A stretch of 64,000 nucleotides of DNA from Bacteriovoracia bacterium (GCA_050246755.1 JBFWVL010000005.1:160001-224000); one strand, 5' to 3'. Shown: positions 26,989 through 37,608, counted from the first letter of the stretch. The notes: generated by a model from the sequence alone, not told the origin. Numbers and translations are program-made.

Positions 26989-28998
26989 CTAGGCCACCCT
27001 TTGGAGTTGTTGCTCAATCTCGTTCTTCCAATGCTGGTAAATCATCACCATCGCAAGCGTATCGAGTTCACAATATTTGAGGAGTGCCCGAATTACGAAA
27101 TCGGTCTCCTTTGCGCTTATTTGAGTAAACTGCATTCGAGAATATGCGGTCATTGCAGCTCCTCCGTCTGCAATGCTGCCGTCAGTGATAACTGAATCCA
27201 TTTCCTCTGATGCGAGATCGTCGAAGATCGGCGGCAGAAGCTTGTATGGGTCTACAATCTTCCCGTGTTCGTCCTTTTGAATCCACGCCCAGCCGACAAA
27301 GTTGAGGCTCTTTTGAGAATTTGATCCGTAAGACGCTTGGGAATAGATGCTCTGGAGGTAACTCGATCCGTTGAGAATTGCGGGCAAAACCTTCTTGATG
27401 GAATTTGAGCCCTTGGTTTCCGGGTGATAGTAGAACCGCTTCACTAACTCGCACATATCAACCATCGCGCGAGGCCCTGTCCATGTCGATCCTGCGTCCT
27501 GTTGACCTTCGGTGATGGATTCGATAAACGCGATCAATTCCTCGCGATCTTCGACATCTGCTGCGTTCCGAAGTTGGTTCCGAATTTGACAGAGGACGGT
27601 ATTTTCATGGGTCGCGTAGCGGAAAATGGTGCCGTCGTTCTTTGAGAGGCAATCTCTCAAAGCTCGAACGAACTCGAAATTCGGGAACTGTCCCTTTTTC
27701 GCGCTGATGAACTGGTTCGCATGGCTGATTACTCCATCCTCGGTGATGATATGGTGAGAAAATTGAAATGCAATTTGCTCGTAGGGCCTTCGACCAATAT
27801 GAAACGGAATTGCGGCCAGCGTAGTTTCAAAGTCGATAAAGTTGAGAGGAAATTTCCAGGTGCGCATGTGAGCGGCGAGGCCGTCCACGTCGAGATAAGG
27901 TGACGGATCGGATTTGCGAATTTTTTCGACCTGAAGCCACTGTCGCTCGCTGCTTGAGAGCCCAGGCTTCTTGCGATCTGGGGTGGGAGAGATGTCCTCG
28001 ATGTCAACCTGTGCCATCCAAACCTTGCCAGCATCGAGAAGCTTTGAAGCTTTGCGAAAGTTCCAAATGTCGAAAACAAATGGTTTAACAAAATCGGATG
28101 CGGACAGCTTCTTGTCGTGCTCCCAGCATTTTTCAAATCCGCTTTCGAGTCCAAGTTTCTTCGACTTTTCATCAATCCGAAATTCACAGCTCTTGCAGTG
28201 TGAGCCAACAGTCGGCTTCACGAACTTTGTCTTTTGGCAGACGTCCGAAAGAAACTCTACGAACTCTTCGAATGGTTTTTCTTCAAAGTATTTGGAGCTA
28301 CGAAGCAACTCGATTTCGCGATCGACGCAAATCTTTACTAAGAGTGGTGCGCCCAAGGCTGCTTTTGTGGTTCCTCGCTCCGTTGTGGCGCGGCTTCGTC
28401 CTGACGAGTCTTTCTCAAGAAAGAATTTTTGATTTATTCCGTTAACCGTTGCGACGGCGGATTTGTCCGCCAGCATGAGGTGACTCGACAACTGAATTCC
28501 CGGCAAGCATTTTCGAATCACCAGTGATTGAAATGCGACGTCAATGAGATATGGCGCCCACTCGGAACTGAGTTTAGGATCACCTTTCTTAAGGCTCGTC
28601 TTGTTATAGAAGGGATCTTCTTCCGAAGGGTCGAAGCTTTTCGCTTTCACTTCTATGAGCTCGATTGAATCGCCGTTTTTCACAACAACGTCGGCTCTAA
28701 TGAACAAATTCTCGAAGCGAAATGCCGCCTCGTAAATCGTGACGGATTCTCTTTTCAAGAGCTCTTGAGTTTCCGAAACCGCAGAATCCTTGTCGAGCGT
28801 CGTAATTTCGATGCCGTTCGGGTGATAGACCTTTGCCAGTTCTCCAACTTGGAAACCACCTTCCGCGAGCGCTTCGAGAAAAGAGTTGTCGGTGTTGTTA
28901 TTCCCGAATCTTTTGTCATCGAGGTAGAAGAGTTTGGTTGGGCACTCGTGACCAATTTTAAATCTTGATTTGGTCAGGTATCGACTTTTGTTGCTCAT
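26989..28998 (-). CDS. DUF2779 protein: RecB/Cas4-like nuclease plus DnaQ/RNase H-like exonuclease domain
   Basis: LTKSRF...CPTK, RAD...IEVK, CKSCEF, FIDFET, FQFSHH, SIKKVLP, YCELDTLAM. Confidence 0.8.
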   Translation of the reverse strand: MSNKSRYLTKSRFKIGHECPTKLFYLDDKRFGNNNTDNSFLEALAEGGFQVGELAKVYHPNGIEITTLDKDSAVSETQELLKRESVTIYEAAFRFENLFIRADVVVKNGDSIELIEVKAKSFDPSEEDPFYNKTSLKKGDPKLSSEWAPYLIDVAFQSLVIRKCLPGIQLSSHLMLADKSAVATVNGINQKFFLEKDSSGRSRATTERGTTKAALGAPLLVKICVDREIELLRSSKYFEEKPFEEFVEFLSDVCQKTKFVKPTVGSHCKSCEFRIDEKSKKLGLESGFEKCWEHDKKLSASDFVKPFVFDIWNFRKASKLLDAGKVWMAQVDIEDISPTPDRKKPGLSSSERQWLQVEKIRKSDPSPYLDVDGLAAHMRTWKFPLNFIDFETTLAAIPFHIGRRPYEQIAFQFSHHIITEDGVISHANQFISAKKGQFPNFEFVRALRDCLSKNDGTIFRYATHENTVLCQIRNQLRNAADVEDREELIAFIESITEGQQDAGSTWTGPRAMVDMCELVKRFYYHPETKGSNSIKKVLPAILNGSSYLQSIYSQASYGSNSQKSLNFVGWAWIQKDEHGKIVDPYKLLPPIFDDLASEEMDSVITDGSIADGGAAMTAYSRMQFTQISAKETDFVIRALLKYCELDTLAMVMIYQHWKNEIEQQLQRVA

Positions 28999-29182
28999 CC
29001 GGTTAGTCCGCCTTAGCTGTAAGCCTTTGAATTCACTTAAGCTTATCGGTAGTGCCACGCTAAAGGTTTAGGCCCTACGACGCGTGCAATTTCATCAAAC
29101 GCTGTAGAACGAGGTATTACGCGTTGACACTGTTTCCGTGCGCGTTATACACGCCATCACTAACGAACTGGACGAAGGACAG

Positions 29183-29392
29183 ATGTCGAGGACAAGGGCG
29201 ATCCGATTTTCAAATGATGAGGAGAAGCAGATTGAGGAGTTCCTAGAGAACAACTCGTTTCTGGATTTCTCCTCTCTCGCACGCTTGGCGATCCTGACCT
29301 TCATCAAAGAGCCGAAGATAACCATTCGGCCTAATAAGGAATCGCGCTCGGCGCCTGAACGGAGACAGAGACATGACCAACCAGAACAGTAA
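29183..29392 (+). CDS. Small ribbon-helix-helix-like regulator
   Basis: TRAIRF beta strand followed by two helices (FSSLARLAI). RBS GAAGGA. Confidence 0.6.
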   Translation: MSRTRAIRFSNDEEKQIEEFLENNSFLDFSSLARLAILTFIKEPKITIRPNKESRSAPERRQRHDQPEQ

Positions 29393-29401
29393 GGTATTGC
29401 G

Positions 29402-30892
29402 ATGAACTCTTTAGATAAGGACCCCGGAGTTCTGCTCTCGTTCCCCGAAGGAAGTCCAATTGCATTTCCGATTGAATCTGAAAAGCCCGGCTTCTCGGGA
29501 CCTGTCTCGGGACCCATGTGGGACAGTCTTTCCAAACTTGATTCTTCTTACGACGATACTTTCGATTATTCCGTCTATGACAAGTTGTACGCAAAGTTTG
29601 GCGATAACCAGCCTCGCGGCGGTGTCGTCTTCAAGTCCGCTCTACGGCTTGCCAACTTTCACGATAGCTGCTCGAAGTGTCATTACTCCTTCGAGATCGA
29701 CACTTATGGGCGAGGCTGCGTTCATAATTGCCATTACTGTTATGCGAAGGACAGTCTCACGAAACATGGAGCGTGGAATCGGCCGCATCCTTTTCCGTTC
29801 GACGTAGCGGCGATTCGCAAAATTTTCTACACCGTTTTCGAAACTGATAAAAAGACGAAGTGGCGTGCTGTTATGGGTAGGCGAACGCCACTGAGAATCG
29901 GCTCGATGTCCGATTCTTTTATGTGGATGGATCAAAAGTACGGCGTCACCCTTGAGCTCCTGAAAATTCTTAATCACTATAAGTATCCGCACATCATCTT
30001 CACGCGCTCAGACTTGATAGCGACCGAAAAATATTTGTCCGCCTTGAGACCCGATCTGGCTTCGGTTCAATTCTCTATCTCAAGCAACAACGAGGCTTTC
30101 ACAAGAAAGGCTGAACCTGGCGCGCCCAGTATTCAGCGTCGGCTTCAAGCATTGAAAGTGCTTAACGAAGAAGGATTTAGAACGGCAGTTCGCATTAACC
30201 CGCTGTTTCCCACTTATCCTGATGGATATTTCACCGATCCGGAGAGCATTCGAGCGCGTTTCGGATCGCATGAAAATGCGCCAAAGTTTGGATTCTTTGA
30301 CATTGAGACGGTTGGTGAGTTCTTAGATAAGATCAAGGAATCTAAAACGCCGACGATTCTGGCTGGCTTCGTAAGACTCACTCCTTACACGATTAACCGG
30401 ATGAGAGACATTTCTGGCGTAGACATGAGATCGTTCTTTCGCCCAGAGAACTTCAACACTGGCGTTCGAGGAAACACGGACAAGAATTATTCAGACCGCG
30501 AAATTTCCTTCTATTATAAAAAAATCCACGCAGAAGCCATGAGCCGCGGCCTTCGATTCACAACTTGTTACATTGGAAATGGTTTGAAGGATTATTTTCA
30601 GTACCAAAACCTTTGGAGCAACAAGAAAGACTGCTGCGACGTCAGCGGAAACGTGGCTTCGTTTAAGACTTCCTGCCAAGAAATCAGTTGGGAAGATCGT
30701 GCAAAGCACGCCGCAAAGAAAATGTTTGTCGATCGTGCAATGAAAGAGGAAGCATACTATACGGCTCTTGCTGAACGGGCTACTTCTGGGGTGGCTACTG
30801 TGGCTGAAGAATCCCTGGAATCTTCTACGGTCATTCCAAAATCGAAAATGCGCGAAAAGATCGACTTGTCCACGAACATGGAGAGTCCTTGA
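29402..30892 (+). CDS. Radical SAM protein, spore photoproduct lyase-like family
   Basis: DTYGRGCVHNCHYCYA, IGSMSD, EPGAPS..RRL, RINP. Confidence 0.85.
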   Translation: MNSLDKDPGVLLSFPEGSPIAFPIESEKPGFSGPVSGPMWDSLSKLDSSYDDTFDYSVYDKLYAKFGDNQPRGGVVFKSALRLANFHDSCSKCHYSFEIDTYGRGCVHNCHYCYAKDSLTKHGAWNRPHPFPFDVAAIRKIFYTVFETDKKTKWRAVMGRRTPLRIGSMSDSFMWMDQKYGVTLELLKILNHYKYPHIIFTRSDLIATEKYLSALRPDLASVQFSISSNNEAFTRKAEPGAPSIQRRLQALKVLNEEGFRTAVRINPLFPTYPDGYFTDPESIRARFGSHENAPKFGFFDIETVGEFLDKIKESKTPTILAGFVRLTPYTINRMRDISGVDMRSFFRPENFNTGVRGNTDKNYSDREISFYYKKIHAEAMSRGLRFTTCYIGNGLKDYFQYQNLWSNKKDCCDVSGNVASFKTSCQEISWEDRAKHAAKKMFVDRAMKEEAYYTALAERATSGVATVAEESLESSTVIPKSKMREKIDLSTNMESP

Positions 30893-31338
30893 GTCGTACA
30901 AAGTCGATTCCCGGAATAAATATACAGTGGCCTTGGAGTCGCCTGATTGTTGACGGCAGCAAGACTGTCGAGACACGCCGTTATCCCATTCCTTCGCATT
31001 ATCTCGAAGTGCCGCTCGCGATTATTGAAACGCCTGGCCCAAAGGGAAAGTCGGAAGCCCAGATTCTCAAGGCACAGGTAGTCGGAATCGTCTGTTTTAA
31101 ACGTAGCTTTAGGTATTCAACCGCTGCTGACTGGCGCGACGATTTTAAACGCCATCAAGTGTCGGCAGATTCCCAGTTTCGCTTCGACTCAAAAAAAGAG
31201 ACGTGGGGATGGGAAATCATGTCGGTTACGAAATTCGCAAAGCCGTATCCCGCGCCCTCAAAGCGCGGGATCGTCTTTACTAAAAGCTGCAAAATCTCTA
31301 GCGGCGAGCCGTCTTCTTTTCTGTCGCCGGAGCTCTAA
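30889..31338 (+). CDS. ASCH/PUA-like domain protein
   Basis: INIQWPWSRLIVDGSKTVETR is the ASCH GxKxxExR signature. Confidence 0.85.
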   Translation: MSRTKSIPGINIQWPWSRLIVDGSKTVETRRYPIPSHYLEVPLAIIETPGPKGKSEAQILKAQVVGIVCFKRSFRYSTAADWRDDFKRHQVSADSQFRFDSKKETWGWEIMSVTKFAKPYPAPSKRGIVFTKSCKISSGEPSSFLSPEL

Positions 31339-34300
31339 CCAATCCGGAACACAACTCATCCAAGTCTCCAAGGGCCTTTTGAAGGGCTTTGATTGAGACG
31401 TTGTCTTTTCCTACTCCGGGTTTCAGCTCCTGACGGTCTAGGACATTTCGAATGATCGTCGTTTTGGTGCCGCCCTTTAATAGGTTGCTGACGAGCCCCG
31501 AAATCTGTTCATAGTGCGACACAACCTTTTCCCGAACCGATTTTTGAGTCAGAAGCGTTACAGGAATTGGCAGGCGCGCCAACTGTGGTGTTCCAATCCT
31601 CAGAGCCCCGCCGTTGAGATGCAGCGACTCGAACATATTTGAGTAAATTTCGGTAGCAACAGACGAATTTAGGTAAGCGGCGATTGCCTTCAATTCCTCT
31701 TTGTCGCCGAAAATCATCGTTGTCGAAATTCCAGGCGCATATGATCCGTTGTCGAAATATGCTCGGAGCATTTGGGTCATATTAGGAATGATAATCTTCT
31801 GCGTTTGATACTGCTTCTTTCTCTTATCAATAATTTTAGAAGATGAGAGGTCGAGGTACGGACTTTCGTAGCCGGCCTTCAAATACTGCACTTTCTGTAG
31901 ACCCCAAGTACACGCGAATCCCAGGACGTTTCCGCTAACGATGAATTTCACGGATTGCTTCGGTCGCTTCTCGGTAATGTTCGGCTTAATGCACTTGTAG
32001 GCCTCATCAACGGTCGCGGCTGCCAAGATTTCGAACTTGTCACCCAGTAGGAAACTCTCGAAAGCCTTGATGTCTGTAGCGGCCAATAGTTCCGACAAGT
32101 AGTTTGTCGCCGCGGAGCCTGGAAATTCCTTTTCACTCCAAGCGCAAGCCAAATCAAATTTTAGATCATGCTTACGGTAGCGAATCTTCTTAGGCTTGTT
32201 CGGCGACAACGTCAAAATGATCGGATAAACAGAAGCATCTTCAAAGATCGGCACATGACTTGCGTCATCGACGGCTTCGATGAATGTCTTCTTGTCTTCT
32301 CTAATGAATTCACGCATCCCAACGGCACTATCAACCGCGATTAACTTATTGGGAAGAATGAATCCGATCCGTGATGTCGGCCCAATCCGCCTAGCAACTT
32401 CTACGAACAAGGAGCAAATATCGAATGCGCCTTTTGCAGATGTCAGCTTTGCCTTAATGTCCTCTTTGTAATTAGGATTTCTTTGAAGAATCCGCTCAAG
32501 GAGGAACGTGTTAACGTAAGGGGGATTTCCAATAATCCCGTGGAATCCTCCGGCCTTCATAACAGGGGCGAAAGTCTTTCCGATTTTAACATCGTCAGTG
32601 AGCGAGTCGGCGCAAGTGAGTTGGTCAGCAAGCGGCTCTAGTTCCTGATTTTTCCGCACGGTGTACATCCAAAGGGAGAATTTCGCGAGTTCCACCGCAA
32701 GAGGGTTCAGGTCTATGCCATAGATGCAATTGTGAAGGATTTCCCAACGAACATCTTCGCGGTTGATGTTGGGGTGCGCATCTTCTTTGTAGATTGCGTC
32801 CAACATTCTTTCTTCCAGGTACTTGATCGCACCAATAAGAAAATGCCCAGAGCCCATTGCAGGATCGCAAACTCGCACAGCCAGAATTTCGTCAGTTGAT
32901 TTTGCCTTGCAGAGAGGATCGAGAACTTGCCCCACGATGTAGTCAACGATGTAGCTAGGAGTATAGTACGAGCCAGTGTCTTTTCGACTTCCGGTGCCGT
33001 TCTCAAGAAATAAATCGCCCTTTTCGATGACGGCATCTTTGAGTTTTTGCTTCTTTTGTTCGGTCAATTCTTTCCAGGGTCGGATTTTCTTTCCATCGTC
33101 TACGAGACGTTCAGTTGCACGAACGAGTTTGTAATCCAACAGACCCTCAAAGAGGGAGCCAAGGTGATCCGGTGATAATCTTTTGTAGTCGATGAATTTT
33201 AGATCGCCACCTTCATCATAGGCACATGCTAGTTCTACAATTGCGGGATTCAGTGCAGAATCTGGAATCGTATGGCGCTTGAAGTAGTCTTTTGAGCCAG
33301 ACGAAAACACCTCAGACCCTAAAGTGAAGACGCCAATGGATTTGTCGCCCTTTTCAAGGAGCGCCATCAGTTCGGAAATGTGTTGGTAGGATTTGTTTTG
33401 TGCCGACCACTTACGGCCAATCTCAAAATCCTTCTTTAGATCAAGTGCCAAACTTCTAAGCGAAGATGGGTAGAAGTCTGAAAGATCGTTTACATCGAAG
33501 ATTCCCTTCGCTTCAGCATTCAAAATGAACATCAATCGAAAGAGGTAGTACAGACTGTGCTGATAGATTTCGTTTAAATTTTCGTCGGAGAGATCAGAAT
33601 ACTGCGTAGCGAATCCACGACAGATCGTCTGAGTAATTCGAAAGGCGCGGTGTCGAAGCTGGGTTTCAACTTCCTTCGCATATTGTTCGCCTGATTTGTA
33701 GACGACATCCAAGAATGACTGACTGCTTGGGCCTTTTGAGAGGAATGCCTCTTTGCGGAAGAAGTTGAAGAAGTATTTGAATCGTTCGTCGTCGCGAGTT
33801 GCTAGAGCTTTTCGAATATTGATTTCAAAAAACGTCGAGAACTTTGACTCTGAATTTAGGGAATAGATGCGCCAATACTCGCCGTCAGTGAGTATGCCCC
33901 AAGTTTTTCCGGTGTCTTCCATGTACCGAATGATTTGATAGCTAGGGTTGCTGTTGGTTCTGCCTGTGCCGTCGAGGTTAACGCCCATCGCTTTGGCGTC
34001 GGCGACAGCAAGAACGTGCTTGAAGTATGCGGCATCATTTTTCGCACTTTTGCCGTGAATGTAAGATTTGTCGTCTGCGAAAAGGGAGTAATCTGGAATC
34101 TGCGTCTTGCCGCGTTTCTTCATTCGGTCTTGAACTTCATAGGTCCAGCCGAGACGCTTGAATATCGGGCGAATCCACTTGTCTTCCAGTTGCGCCTCAT
34201 CGAGGTCTTTGTATATGTCTTTGTACTCGTCCCAGGTTGAAAGCATCCATTCGTAGCATTCAGAGAACTCGGGCAGCGCCTCTGTCTCCCAATGCTCTAG

Positions 34301-34462
34301 GACGTAGGCGTCTTTCTTCTCTTCCGGAAGACGATGCAAAAGATAGTTTTCTGAGAACAGGCCATTGTTATTGAAATAGAGTCCCGTGCCATCAGGTCGA
34401 ACTTCTTGTTTCGCTGAAGCTAAGGTTTCCACGCTTTTGAATTTGCTCGAATATGCAGTCAT
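31298..34462 (-). CDS. Type IIG restriction-modification enzyme (Eco57I-like; nuclease, N6-MTase, TRD)
   Basis: PDY...DAK nuclease, ILTDG.YWR, GSYYTP, DPAMGSGHFL, GNPPY, C-terminal TaqI-like TRD. Confidence 0.9.
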   Translation of the reverse strand: MTAYSSKFKSVETLASAKQEVRPDGTGLYFNNNGLFSENYLLHRLPEEKKDAYVLEHWETEALPEFSECYEWMLSTWDEYKDIYKDLDEAQLEDKWIRPIFKRLGWTYEVQDRMKKRGKTQIPDYSLFADDKSYIHGKSAKNDAAYFKHVLAVADAKAMGVNLDGTGRTNSNPSYQIIRYMEDTGKTWGILTDGEYWRIYSLNSESKFSTFFEINIRKALATRDDERFKYFFNFFRKEAFLSKGPSSQSFLDVVYKSGEQYAKEVETQLRHRAFRITQTICRGFATQYSDLSDENLNEIYQHSLYYLFRLMFILNAEAKGIFDVNDLSDFYPSSLRSLALDLKKDFEIGRKWSAQNKSYQHISELMALLEKGDKSIGVFTLGSEVFSSGSKDYFKRHTIPDSALNPAIVELACAYDEGGDLKFIDYKRLSPDHLGSLFEGLLDYKLVRATERLVDDGKKIRPWKELTEQKKQKLKDAVIEKGDLFLENGTGSRKDTGSYYTPSYIVDYIVGQVLDPLCKAKSTDEILAVRVCDPAMGSGHFLIGAIKYLEERMLDAIYKEDAHPNINREDVRWEILHNCIYGIDLNPLAVELAKFSLWMYTVRKNQELEPLADQLTCADSLTDDVKIGKTFAPVMKAGGFHGIIGNPPYVNTFLLERILQRNPNYKEDIKAKLTSAKGAFDICSLFVEVARRIGPTSRIGFILPNKLIAVDSAVGMREFIREDKKTFIEAVDDASHVPIFEDASVYPIILTLSPNKPKKIRYRKHDLKFDLACAWSEKEFPGSAATNYLSELLAATDIKAFESFLLGDKFEILAAATVDEAYKCIKPNITEKRPKQSVKFIVSGNVLGFACTWGLQKVQYLKAGYESPYLDLSSSKIIDKRKKQYQTQKIIIPNMTQMLRAYFDNGSYAPGISTTMIFGDKEELKAIAAYLNSSVATEIYSNMFESLHLNGGALRIGTPQLARLPIPVTLLTQKSVREKVVSHYEQISGLVSNLLKGGTKTTIIRNVLDRQELKPGVGKDNVSIKALQKALGDLDELCSGLVRAPATEKKTARR

Positions 34463-34469
34463 GTTTGCC

Positions 34470-34751
34470 TCACGCTGCCGATTCGGCGGAATTGGAAAGC
34501 TTCGAGCTCTCGAAAGTTTTCTTCGCTTTGGAAATTGATTCGCCAGGGACTAAGGCGACCGATTTTGCACACTTCGCATGAGTGATTTCTTCGTTCATTG
34601 TGAATTGGACGAAGCGACCTTCGAGCGTTTTAAAGCGGGCGTGATCGGGAAAAACCGAGGCGTTGAAATAGAATTCGCATCCTTGGTTGTCGGTAATAAC
34701 GCCTTCTTTGTCTCGGCGATCCCACCATAAAATCTTTCCTAGTTGCTTCAT
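34470..34751 (-). CDS. Cold-shock-domain-like protein
   Basis: GKILWWD...EGVITD...FYFNAS...LEGRFVQF. ATG follows GGAGG. Confidence 0.65.
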   Translation of the reverse strand: MKQLGKILWWDRRDKEGVITDNQGCEFYFNASVFPDHARFKTLEGRFVQFTMNEEITHAKCAKSVALVPGESISKAKKTFESSKLSNSAESAA

Positions 34752-35068
34752 CTGCCCTCCCTGGAACTTCAATTTGTGAAGCTCGATATGGAGACCTATC
34801 GGCAGATTGGAAAATCTCTTAACGGCTTGGAATGATTTGAATTTTCCGTGTCAAAGACCTCCCGCTGAACGGCCTGCTTCGGGAGATTTCTTCTTTTTAT
34901 TCGTGTAGTTAGGACCGAAGAAACTGAGCGAATGAGTTTCGAATAGCGGCCATTGTCAGGCTTTTTGTCCAGCGCTAGATCGTCGGTACTGAAAAATTAA
35001 TTACGGTAACGCGTAGTCATACACTGCAATCGCAAACTTCTACGAGCCGATCTAAGAGACGTCCTGTA

Positions 35069-35701
35069 TTAGAATCCATCCTTTAGGAAAAACTCGACTC
35101 GGCTCTTTAGCTGAGTGTCCTTTCGGTACTCATCCAAGAAGCCGTACTTGTTCAGCAGCGGCCAAGCCAATTTCCAAGTTTCTTTTATGGTAGCCGGGTC
35201 TCTCCCGCGATTGCTCCGAGGAATCATGGTTTCCACGAAGAGGTAGCACACCGCGATTTTCAGAAATTGCTTTTCGTTCTTCGGAACGTCGTGCGAGCTC
35301 GAAATCTTACTTTTCAAGTGACGAAAAAAATCTTCAGCAGTCCATTTTTCAAAAGGACTCCGAGGCGGCTCGAATTTTCGCGCAGGCGCTTCCCACTTTT
35401 TCTCAGGGACATACTTCGGGTCGCTCACTCCAATAAAGGAAATGATTTCCGGCCAAATTGCGTGATCGAGACGGGCTTGTTCGAACAGCCCACAGCCGCG
35501 TGTCTCGCTTTCAAATTCAGCCCATCGTTCCCTTATCAGCTTTTCGTCGTGCTTCCGGTCGCGGTCGCAAAGCGACTGGGTTTTAAAGTAATTGAGGCGA
35601 TGGACAAGGTTCTCTTTAAAGGACCGAGGCACGGCTAGCTTTTCGCAACTGGAGATCATGCGGTCGAACGCCTGACTTGCGTGCATGAACTTGCGTACCA
35701 T
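35069..35701 (-). CDS. Hypothetical protein
   Basis: 210-aa ORF with GAGG RBS. No motif recognised. Confidence 0.6.
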   Translation of the reverse strand: MVRKFMHASQAFDRMISSCEKLAVPRSFKENLVHRLNYFKTQSLCDRDRKHDEKLIRERWAEFESETRGCGLFEQARLDHAIWPEIISFIGVSDPKYVPEKKWEAPARKFEPPRSPFEKWTAEDFFRHLKSKISSSHDVPKNEKQFLKIAVCYLFVETMIPRSNRGRDPATIKETWKLAWPLLNKYGFLDEYRKDTQLKSRVEFFLKDGF

Positions 35702-35866
35702 AGATGCCTCGGCGGGATTTTGGCGCCGCGCGCCAGAGCGTGACCAGTTTCCCGAATAGCGTGTAAGTTATGTGTAAGTCAACGAGCGCGAGGTCTAGCC
35801 GCGCCGCCTTGGCCTCAGAGCGGCTCATCTGGTAGAAGTGAGGCGTCATGAACACCGGAGATTGCC

Positions 35867-36826
35867 ATGTGTTATTCAACGATGGTCGAGCGAGACATTC
35901 GAAAACTTGAACGCCAATACGGCGCAAAGATCGCTTACGATTCTTTTCGAGAAATCTATCAGATGCGCGGAATGAATCGCGATCTGAGGATTCCTAAAGG
36001 CCTAGACGCTTTTTTTCAAAACATTGAATCGCCGGTCTCGGATGAAATTCGCAACCTCATCGTGGAGCACGAAAAATATGTGGCCGAGAAGCGAAAATCA
36101 GAAATTGCAGCAACCGAAAAAGAAATTCAAGAGCTCGAATCCAAAATAAAAAAGAAACCCACCAAGACAGCCGAAAAAGACCTTGGTGTGAAAACGCGAA
36201 AACTAGAATCCTTATTAAAAAAGAACGCGGCATCCGAGTTGCCAAAAATCTCCAATAGCCTTCAGGGGACTTATCGAATTTATCCTTTCGACTTCGTGCC
36301 CGTAGTTCAACTCGAAAACGGAAAACGAATCGTTCGGCCCATGCGATACCGTGTTCTACCAAAATCGGGTGTTGAAATTCCAAGCAAGTACAATCTTTTT
36401 AACGCCAGAAGGGATTCGATTTTTCACGAAACGAAACCTGGGGAGCGCGACAAAATTTGGAAATCTATGATTGGAGAGACTCATGCTGTTTTCCCCTTCG
36501 TTCGATTCTACGAATGGGTTGAAGGAGAAAACGGAAAGAGCGTAGAAATTTTCTTTACTGCCAAGGGCTTTGATTCAATGTGGTCAGCAGCGCTCTTCGA
36601 GGAAACAAAGACTCCCTATGGTCTCGTGCGCTCCTTCGCAATGGTCACGGACGATCCTCCACCCGAAGTCAGGGCTGCCGGCCACGATCGTTGTCCGGTA
36701 TTTCTTCAGCCCGACGCGGTTGACTTGTGGCTCGATCCCGATGGAAAGACTCTCAAGCAGTTGGAGGCGCTTCTCGATAAAAAACAGGATACCTACTTCA
36801 ATCACGAAGTCGCGGTGGCTGCATGA
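35867..36826 (+). CDS. SRAP/HMCES-family abasic-site processing protein
   Basis: N-terminal MC, FNARRD, FYEW, GHDRCPV. Contains a coiled-coil insertion. Confidence 0.9.
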   Translation: MCYSTMVERDIRKLERQYGAKIAYDSFREIYQMRGMNRDLRIPKGLDAFFQNIESPVSDEIRNLIVEHEKYVAEKRKSEIAATEKEIQELESKIKKKPTKTAEKDLGVKTRKLESLLKKNAASELPKISNSLQGTYRIYPFDFVPVVQLENGKRIVRPMRYRVLPKSGVEIPSKYNLFNARRDSIFHETKPGERDKIWKSMIGETHAVFPFVRFYEWVEGENGKSVEIFFTAKGFDSMWSAALFEETKTPYGLVRSFAMVTDDPPPEVRAAGHDRCPVFLQPDAVDLWLDPDGKTLKQLEALLDKKQDTYFNHEVAVAA

Positions 36827-37608
36827 AATATGCTGTGACTCAGGGGCAACGAGGAGAAGCCGAGCCTGGCCTTACGGGCGCGTGCCCTAGCTGCGGCCAC
36901 GCAATGATTGCGAAGTGCGGAGAATTGAAAATTTGGCATTGGGCTCATTCTGGAAAGCGCATCTGTGACCCTTGGTGGGAAAACGAAACGGAATGGCACC
37001 GAAAATGGAAAGCTCACTTTCCGAAAGATTGGCAGGAATTCGTTCAGCGTGCAGAAGATGGCGAAAAACACATTGCCGACGTAAAGACCGAACAAGGTTA
37101 TGTAATTGAATTTCAACACTCTCACATAAAACCAGAAGAGCGACAGGCACGCGAAGACTTTTACAAAAAAATGCTTTGGATTGTCGATGGAACAAGGCGC
37201 GTGAGGGACAAAGATAAATTTCTCGACGGTTGTGAATTTGCCGGTCGGATCGACGGAAGAGATGACCTTCGCGCCTCGCCTGGTGGTGGCGCATTGCTAA
37301 GAGATTGGGGCGATAGGACTGTTCCCGTTCTTTTCGATTTTGGTGACGATCATTTATGGGGTCTGTTACCGAAAACGCAAGAAGGCAGAGAGTATGGATT
37401 CAGGGTCGAACGTAACGCCGTTATTGAGGCTCTTCATCCGTCCGCTGAATCGAAATCCAGCTTTGACGGATTGTTAAGGGGCTTCATCGGAACAATCTCG
37501 GCGCATGAATGGCATCTTAAGCTGATGAGAGAGAGATCATTCCGCGATCCACTTCAGGGATTTCATCTTCCAAACAACAGGTATTCTTCTCGTCGCCGAT
37601 CATTTTAG
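36823..37608 (+). CDS. CoiA-like nuclease
   Basis: CPSC...KCG..KIWHWAH, ETEWH, HIADV, IEFQHS. Confidence 0.85.
   Translation: MKYAVTQGQRGEAEPGLTGACPSCGHAMIAKCGELKIWHWAHSGKRICDPWWENETEWHRKWKAHFPKDWQEFVQRAEDGEKHIADVKTEQGYVIEFQHSHIKPEERQAREDFYKKMLWIVDGTRRVRDKDKFLDGCEFAGRIDGRDDLRASPGGGALLRDWGDRTVPVLFDFGDDHLWGLLPKTQEGREYGFRVERNAVIEALHPSAESKSSFDGLLRGFIGTISAHEWHLKLMRERSFRDPLQGFHLPNNRYSSRRRSF

Noticed and set aside
26989-28998. cas4 gene of a CRISPR-Cas locus
   Set aside because: The Cas4-like motifs are part of a larger DUF2779 protein, and I saw no array or cas1/cas2 in the window.
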